Source of the DNA: an uncultured Solirubrobacteraceae bacterium
GTDB lineage: Bacteria; Actinomycetota; Thermoleophilia; Solirubrobacterales; Solirubrobacteraceae
Length of the DNA: 64,000 nt
Reading direction: 5' to 3'
Assembly: GCA_964588985.1 (NCBI GenBank)
Contig: CAZPQW010000017.1
Span: forward strand, 1 to 64,000
Shown: piece by piece, positions 58,212 through 64,000 of the stretch
Position numbering within the stretch: position 1 is the stretch's first letter
How the letters are laid out: every line of letters starts with the position of its first letter
The notes under the pieces: generated by a model
The model's input: the letters and a program-made list of their open reading frames with translations, nothing else
Told to the model about the DNA's origin: nothing
Databases searched by the model: none
Translations under genes and position numbers: made by a program

Positions 58212-58517
58212 TTGGGCTCGCTGACCGAAGTGCTCGCGGTGCTGGCGGGTGGCTTCGGCGTGGTGATGGGCGCCAGCCCGCTGCTTCAGGCGCTGCACTC
58301 CCACCGCCGCGAGAGCTCCTCCGACGTGAGCCTCGCGTTTCTGGTGGTGCTGATCTGCGGCGGCACGCTGTGGTTGCTCTACGGACTGGCGCTCGGGAAC
58401 ATTGCGATCATCGTGGCGAACATCGTGGGGGTTGCGTCGTCGACGACGACGCTGCTGGTCGCGCTTCGGTGGCGCCGGCATGCGGAGCGGAATGCGGGTG
58501 AGAGCGACCTGCGCTGA
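58212..58517 (+). CDS. SemiSWEET/PQ-loop family membrane protein
   Basis: Three TM helices, SSDVS, LWLLYG, IIVANIV. Confidence 0.75.
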   Translation: MGSLTEVLAVLAGGFGVVMGASPLLQALHSHRRESSSDVSLAFLVVLICGGTLWLLYGLALGNIAIIVANIVGVASSTTTLLVALRWRRHAERNAGESDLR

Positions 58518-58570
58518 ACGTGAGGGCTCCTATAGTGGCGCTGGTCCTCTGCTCAACGAAGGAGTCTGCT

Positions 58571-59227
58571 GTGGATGTCGAGATCTGGTCTGACATCGCG
58601 TGTCCGTGGTGCTACATCGGCAAGCGCCGCTTCGAGGCGGCGCTCGAGCGGTTCGAGCACCGCGACGACGTCGATGTGACGTGACGCAGCTTCGAGCTCG
58701 ACCCCGGCGCGCCGCGTGAGCGCACGGGCGATCGCGCCGAGCGCCTGGCGGAGAAGTACGGCATGACCGTCGAGCAGGCACGCGAAGCCGAGCAGCAGCT
58801 GACGGGCGTGGCGGAGGGCGAGGGCCTTCCCTTCCGTTTTGAGATCGCCCGCAGCGGCACCACCTTCGACGGCCACCGACTGGTGCACCTGGCGCAGACC
58901 CACGGGCTGCAGGACGAGATGAAGGAGCGCCTGCTGCGGGCGTATTTCACCGAAGGCGACCTGATGTCCGACCACGACACGCTCGTGCGGCTGGCTGGCG
59001 AGGTGGGGCTCGACGAGCAGCAGGTGCGCGAGCTGCTCGCGGGAGATCGCTACGCGGCTGAGGTCCGCGCCGACGAGCGAACCGCGGGCGAGCTTGGGAT
59101 CGGCGCGGTGCCGACGTTCGTGGTCGACCGCAAGCTGGGCGCCTCCGGCGCGCAACCGCCGGACGCGCTGCTTGATCTGCTGCGTGAGGGATGGGCCAGG
59201 CGCAGCCCCGCATCGGCGCTCGCCTAG
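58571..59227 (+). pseudogene. DsbA/FrnE-family oxidoreductase with internal TGA at codon 38
   Basis: AAGGAG RBS; MDVEIWSDIACPWCYIGKRR...VT*RSFELDP; TGA at 58682-58684; GIGAVPTFVV downstream. Confidence 0.85.
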
Positions 59228-59237
59228 GATGGGCTCC

Positions 59238-59723
59238 ATGACTATCTTCGAGGATCTCAACGCGCTGAACGGCGCCCCGCTTGACGAGAGCTCGCTGCAG
59301 GGGCGCACGGTGCTGGTGGTGAACGTGGCCTCGCGCTGTGGGCTGACCCCGCAGTACACGGGCCTGGAGCGTCTGCAGGAGCGCTTCGGCGAGCGCGGCT
59401 TCACGGTGCTGGGCGTGCCGTGCAATCAGTTCGGCGAGCAGGAGCCGGGCAGCGCGGAGGAGATCCAGACGTTCTGCTCGACCACCTACGGCGTGAGCTT
59501 CCCTATGACGGAGAAGCTCGAGGTGAACGGCCCCGAGCGCCATCCGCTGTACGGCGTGCTGACCGCGACGCCTGATCAGGAGGGCGAGGCGGGAGACGTG
59601 CAGTGGAACTTCGAGAAGTTCCTCGTCTCTTCCGACGGACGCCCGGTGGCGCGCTTTCGCCCGACGGTCGAGCCGGAGTCGCAGGAGCTGACGGCGGCGA
59701 TCGAGTCGGAGCTCGTCTCCTGA
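59238..59723 (+). CDS. Glutathione peroxidase (Cys type)
   Basis: [32 protein letters not shown]. Confidence 0.93.
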   Translation: MTIFEDLNALNGAPLDESSLQGRTVLVVNVASRCGLTPQYTGLERLQERFGERGFTVLGVPCNQFGEQEPGSAEEIQTFCSTTYGVSFPMTEKLEVNGPERHPLYGVLTATPDQEGEAGDVQWNFEKFLVSSDGRPVARFRPTVEPESQELTAAIESELVS

Positions 59724-60766
59724 TGGCCGCGACGCCTGCGCTGAGCACCCCTTCGGCGGGCGCGCCGTTCGAGCGCACGACGATCGAGCGCCGCGAGCTG
59801 GGCGAGCGCGACGTGCAGATCGACGTCGAGTACTGCGGCATCTGCCACAGCGACATCCATCAGGTCAAGGACGAGTGGGGCGGCTCGATCTTCCCGATGG
59901 TGCCCGGCCACGAGATCGCGGGCGTGGTGGCTGCGGTCGGCGGCGCGGTGGAGAAGCTGTCGGTCGGCGACCGCGTGGGCGTGGGCTGCCTGGTGGACTC
60001 CTGCGAGGAATGCGAGTACTGCGTGGCGGGGGAGGAGCAGTTCTGTGTCAAGCGGGCGGTGCCGACGTACAACGGGCGCGACTACGACGGCGAGCCGACG
60101 TACGGCGGCTACAGCCAGCGGATCGTCGTGAAGGATCGCTTCGTGGTCCGCATCCCCGACAGTATTGAGCTGCAGTACGCGGCGCCGCTCCTGTGCGCTG
60201 GGATAACGACCTACGTTCCGTTGAAGCACTGGCACGTGGGCGCCGGGACGAAGCTCGCGGTGATCGGCATGGGCGGCCTGGGACACGTGGCGGTGCAGAT
60301 AGCGGCGGCGATGGGCGCTGAGGTGACGGTGCTGAGCCAGACGCTGAGCAAGAAGGACGACGGCCTGCGCTTCGGCGCGAAGCACTACCACGCTACCTCG
60401 GATCCCGCGACGTTCAAGGAGCTGAGGTCGAGCTTCGATCTGATCTTGAACACGGTCTCTGCGAATCTGGACGTGGACGCGTACCTGCGCCTGCTGCGCG
60501 TGGATGGCACGCTGGTGAACGTGGGAGCGCCGTCGGCGCCGGACAAGTTCCACGCGTTCTCGCTGATCGGCGCGAGGCGAAGCCTCGCGGGCTCGGCGAT
60601 CGGCGGCATGCCCGACACCCAGGAGATGCTCGACTTCTGCGCCGAGCACGGCGTCAAGCCGGCGATCGAGCTGATCGGCGCCGACGAGGTGGGCGACGCG
60701 TACGACCGCGTCGAGCGCAGCGACGTGCGCTACCGCTTCGTGATCGACGTCGCGACTATCGCCTAG
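59723..60766 (+). CDS. Zn/NADP-dependent alcohol dehydrogenase
   Basis: CGICHSD, GHE, structural Cys cluster, [15 protein letters not shown]. Confidence 0.93.
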   Translation: MAATPALSTPSAGAPFERTTIERRELGERDVQIDVEYCGICHSDIHQVKDEWGGSIFPMVPGHEIAGVVAAVGGAVEKLSVGDRVGVGCLVDSCEECEYCVAGEEQFCVKRAVPTYNGRDYDGEPTYGGYSQRIVVKDRFVVRIPDSIELQYAAPLLCAGITTYVPLKHWHVGAGTKLAVIGMGGLGHVAVQIAAAMGAEVTVLSQTLSKKDDGLRFGAKHYHATSDPATFKELRSSFDLILNTVSANLDVDAYLRLLRVDGTLVNVGAPSAPDKFHAFSLIGARRSLAGSAIGGMPDTQEMLDFCAEHGVKPAIELIGADEVGDAYDRVERSDVRYRFVIDVATIA

Positions 60767-60820
60767 CCTTCCGGCCGCGGCGTTTGACGGCTGCGTCCGC
60801 AGATGACATCCGTGGGCTGC

Positions 60821-61474
60821 TCAGCTGATGGGGGCCCGGTTGCCCGTCCACGTAGTCACGGCGATCAACGCGACGATGCCGAATCCGACCGCCAGGCAGT
60901 CCCCCGCCACGAGCAGGTAGCCGCCGCCGCGATGCGGGTTCACGAAGAAGTACGGGTACCAGTTCACGATCGCGCCGCGGGCGAGCGTGTAGAGGATGTA
61001 CAGCACCGGGAAGGCCATCCACAGCACGACCGTCCTCGCGAGATCGAGGCGCACGCGCGGCGGATCGAGTAGCCAGTCGAGCGTCACCGCCACCGGCATG
61101 ATGTAGTGAAGGATCGCGTTCACCCACGGGTATGACGGAGTGCGCCCGGAGAGCAGGATCAGGTACACGGTCCCGGTCGTGAGGATGTAGACGACCGCGG
61201 CGCCTCTGAGCAGATCCATGGTGCGAGAGGTCTCGCGCCTGGGGCGGAGCGCTCCGTGAAGGAGCACGGCCGCTGCGAACAGATTGCTCAGCACGGTGAA
61301 GTAGCTGAAGTAATCGGTGTCGCTGACTCCGGGGCCCGCTGCCACGTCGTAGCCGATCGCCGTAAGGGCGGCAGGTGCGAGCAGCGCACGGCAGACGCGC
61401 AGCACCTGGTCGCTGAGGATGCTGCGTTGCGAGGACTCGGCACTCGTGGTCGAAAGAGAGCGGGAGGACATCAC
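60821..61474 (-). CDS. Pr6Pr-family membrane protein
   Basis: FSYFTVLSN, LH...P, WYPYFF; start uncertain. Confidence 0.8.
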   Translation of the reverse strand: MMSSRSLSTTSAESSQRSILSDQVLRVCRALLAPAALTAIGYDVAAGPGVSDTDYFSYFTVLSNLFAAAVLLHGALRPRRETSRTMDLLRGAAVVYILTTGTVYLILLSGRTPSYPWVNAILHYIMPVAVTLDWLLDPPRVRLDLARTVVLWMAFPVLYILYTLARGAIVNWYPYFFVNPHRGGGYLLVAGDCLAVGFGIVALIAVTTWTGNRAPIS

Positions 61475-61647
61475 GCGATGGTAGTTGCGACGCCATGGGC
61501 CGGCAACCGGCGTTTGTCACGGGCCTCCAAGCCTGTTCGCCGGGGCCACTCGCACCCGCTGCGCCGGCAGTCGGTCATGGAGGGCACTGAAAGCTCTTGC
61601 ATATAACAGTCGATATATAGAGCAGTACATTCTATAATGATTTATAT

Positions 61648-61983
61648 ATGGATCATCAAATCTCAACACGAGCGACCCCTCTCCCGGTGCGTCGGGCGCA
61701 GCGCAACCTTGCCGAGAGTGTCGCCACGTGGCGGAAGCTGCGGGGTTTGACGCAGGCTCAACTGGCCGAGCGCGCCGATGTCTCGCGTGGGGTGGTGCAG
61801 CGCATCGAGGGCGCTGACGGGGGGGTCAGCGTTGAGAATCTTCTCCGCATGCTGAGGGCGCTCGGCATTCACGAGCTCCTGGCGGAGGCGCTCGATCCTC
61901 TTGCGAGCGATATCGGGCGGCTGCGCTCAGACCTAGCGCTTCCGAGGAGAGTGCGACCGAGGCGGCTGGCGGACGATGGTTGA
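61648..61983 (+). CDS. XRE HTH antitoxin (HipB-like)
   Basis: LTQAQLAERADVSRGVVQRIE; overlaps hipA; AT-rich promoter with TATAAT. Confidence 0.8.
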   Translation: MDHQISTRATPLPVRRAQRNLAESVATWRKLRGLTQAQLAERADVSRGVVQRIEGADGGVSVENLLRMLRALGIHELLAEALDPLASDIGRLRSDLALPRRVRPRRLADDG

Positions 61984-63229
61984 GCAACCGATTGAGGTGG
62001 ACGTGCAGATTGGTGCTCAGAACGTCCCGGCTGGGCGGCTTTGGACACATCGCCACGGGCAGAGCGAGTCGGCCACCTTCAGCTACCTCGACGACTACCT
62101 GCAGCGGGAGGATGCGTACGAGCTCGACCCGGGAGTGCCACTGCAGGCTGGCCAACACCAGACGGCGCTCAAACACGCCCTGTTCGGTGCGATGGCAGAT
62201 TGTGCCCCGGACGGGTGGGGGCGGCGTCTCGTACGTCGGGCAGAGCTTCAGCGGGCCCGCGAAGCCGACGCTCAGCCGCGGGGGCTTGCGGAGGTCGATT
62301 TTCTGCTCGGCGCTCGCGACGACCTGCGCCAGGGCGCCCTTCGATTCCGTGGCCACTCGAGTGATCAGTATCTCGCCGACGACTCGGAGGGAGTGCCGCA
62401 CCTGATCGATCTCTCACGGCTGCTGAACGCTGCCGAAGAGCTAGAACGCGACGAACCGACCAGCGAGGATCTGCGACTCCTACTTCACGGTGGCAGCTCA
62501 CTTGGCGGTGCGAGACCGAAGGCGCACGTGCTCGACGCCCAGGGCCGTCTTGCCATAGCCAAGTTTCCCGCACCAAAAGCTGATGAGTGGGACGTGATTC
62601 GCTGGGAGGCGGTTGCGCTCACGCTCGCAAAGGCAGCCGGGATCGCAGTGCCCGAGCACAAGCTCCACGTCATAGAGAGCCGACCAGTGCTGGTCATACG
62701 TCGATTCGACCGTGACACCAACGGACGAATCGGATACGTGAGCGCGATGACGATGCTCCAAGCCAAAGACGGTGAGCACGCGAGCTACCTGGAAATCGCA
62801 GAGGCAATCGAAGAACGCTCGCCCGACGCCGGTGACGATTTGCGAGAGCTGTGGCGACGGATCGTCTTCACGATCCTGATCTCCAACACCGACGACCATC
62901 TTCGCAACCATGGGTTTCTGCGCAGGAGCACCGCAGGCTGGTCGCTGTCGCCGGCGTTCGATCTGAACCCCAACCCTGAAGGTGCTGCCAAGCATCTGGC
63001 CACGGCGATCGACGAGAACAACACCGAGGCGAGTCTCGCGACGGCCGTTGAGGTTGCCGGTCTGTTCAGGGTCTCGGAGGTGCAGGCACGCGCAATCGTC
63101 GGAGAGGTGTTGACTGCGACGGAGCGTTGGCGAGACGTGGCTAAGGCAATGGGGCTCGGTGGACAGCAGCTCATGCGGCTCGAGTCGGCTTTCGAGCATG
63201 AGCAGAGGGTCGCTGCTCGTGCACTGTAG
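61976..63229 (+). CDS. hipA: HipA-family kinase toxin
   Basis: DCAPDGWG, GSSLGGARPK, IAKFP, NTDDHLRNHGF, LSPAFDLNP. Confidence 0.9.
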   Translation: MVEQPIEVDVQIGAQNVPAGRLWTHRHGQSESATFSYLDDYLQREDAYELDPGVPLQAGQHQTALKHALFGAMADCAPDGWGRRLVRRAELQRAREADAQPRGLAEVDFLLGARDDLRQGALRFRGHSSDQYLADDSEGVPHLIDLSRLLNAAEELERDEPTSEDLRLLLHGGSSLGGARPKAHVLDAQGRLAIAKFPAPKADEWDVIRWEAVALTLAKAAGIAVPEHKLHVIESRPVLVIRRFDRDTNGRIGYVSAMTMLQAKDGEHASYLEIAEAIEERSPDAGDDLRELWRRIVFTILISNTDDHLRNHGFLRRSTAGWSLSPAFDLNPNPEGAAKHLATAIDENNTEASLATAVEVAGLFRVSEVQARAIVGEVLTATERWRDVAKAMGLGGQQLMRLESAFEHEQRVAARAL

Positions 63230-63280
63230 CGATGCCTGTTTGACAATCCAAGCCCAGCCGCTAGGGGATATCTTTGTGGC

Positions 63281-63931
63281 ATGAATCCATTGGCTGGAAC
63301 GGCACTCGGGCGAGGCTTCGTGCTCGCTGTGGGTGCGGTGATCGTGGCGTTGATTGCTTGCGCTGGAGCGGCAGCTGGCTCTGGGCACCACTCACGCTGC
63401 TTGCCTCCGCACGCCCACGGGATCGCCGAGAACCACGACGTGCGCGTTTATTCGATAGCCGGAGGCACTTACGCATGTCTCCTACGTCGCGGCACCACAG
63501 TGACGCTCGTGAAGCCAGCGGGACGCCGACCCGCACGGATCGGCCACGTCACACTCGCGGGGGCGCTTGTCGCTTACACAGCAAGCACCCACGGAGTCGA
63601 TACGGGAATTACCGACATCGTGGTCGTCAACGTCGCCAGCGGGCGAACCCGGCTCACGGTCTCGCGGGCGGGGGGCTTCATCGACGGCTGTTTCATACAG
63701 TTCCATGAAATTACGGATCTTGTCGTGACCTACCGTGGCTCAGTGGCGTGGCTTGTGCGTACGGGCAGGGGATGCAAGACAACGACCTTCGAGGTGCACG
63801 GAGCGCAACCATCAGGTGCGACCGACTTGCTCGAAGAAGGACCGGACATAGCGCCCGGATCGTTGCGTCTCTCCTCCGGAATCGTGAGCTGGGAAAATGC
63901 CGGACAACGAAAGTCGGCACGCCTCGCGTAG
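63281..63931 (+). CDS. Secreted hypothetical protein
   Basis: N-terminal hydrophobic segment, beta-rich, Cys pairs. Confidence 0.55.
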   Translation: MNPLAGTALGRGFVLAVGAVIVALIACAGAAAGSGHHSRCLPPHAHGIAENHDVRVYSIAGGTYACLLRRGTTVTLVKPAGRRPARIGHVTLAGALVAYTASTHGVDTGITDIVVVNVASGRTRLTVSRAGGFIDGCFIQFHEITDLVVTYRGSVAWLVRTGRGCKTTTFEVHGAQPSGATDLLEEGPDIAPGSLRLSSGIVSWENAGQRKSARLA

Positions 63932-64000
63932 CGAAGGTACGTCCACCGGATGAAATTAGGGGACGAGCTGGGAGGACCCGAGCCCGAGAGGTATCGGACG

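Noticed and set aside
58682-58684. Selenocysteine codon in the DsbA-like gene
   Set aside because: The TGA is at a Trp position, not in the CxxC motif; the adjacent gpx uses Cys (TGT).
1-64000. Many long antisense or alternate-frame ORFs (e.g. 1842-4055, 6313-7650, 20182-22179, 41547-43829, 53951-55972)
   Set aside because: Arg/Ala/Pro-rich shadow frames of high-GC genes overlapping well-supported CDSs.
1-64000. tRNA, rRNA or IS transposase
   Set aside because: No cloverleaf, rRNA-like segment or transposase motif recognised by eye; a covariance-model scan would be needed to exclude small RNAs.

Overview
High-GC actinobacterial chromosome segment; gene content and protein style suggest Thermoleophilia/Solirubrobacterales (inference). 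The core backbone is mreB-mreC-mreD-mrdA-rodA-rne/rng-rplU-rpmA...obgE...proB-proA-nadD-rsfS. It is interrupted by a FRG/DarTG cassette and an HTH-nucleotidyltransferase pair. The main result is a 9,692-bp integrated element (22491-32182) that splits an ltrA (low temperature requirement A) gene. Joining the flanks at a shared GCT core restores an in-frame 399-aa LtrA. The predicted excised circle has an inverted-repeat attP that also assembles a promoter in front of its large serine recombinase. The element carries a P-loop replication ATPase followed by a dense ATGGTGCAG iteron cluster, a wHTH protein, a TerS-like protein and unknown genes, so it looks like a serine-integrase phage satellite that may act as a reversible gene switch. 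The right half is accessory: stress/metal genes, secreted proteins, MMPL, P450, an ApbE/ferric-reductase cluster, orphan pilT, a nonsense-interrupted DsbA/FrnE, gpx, adh and hipBA. All assignments come from reading motifs by eye; no database searches were run.
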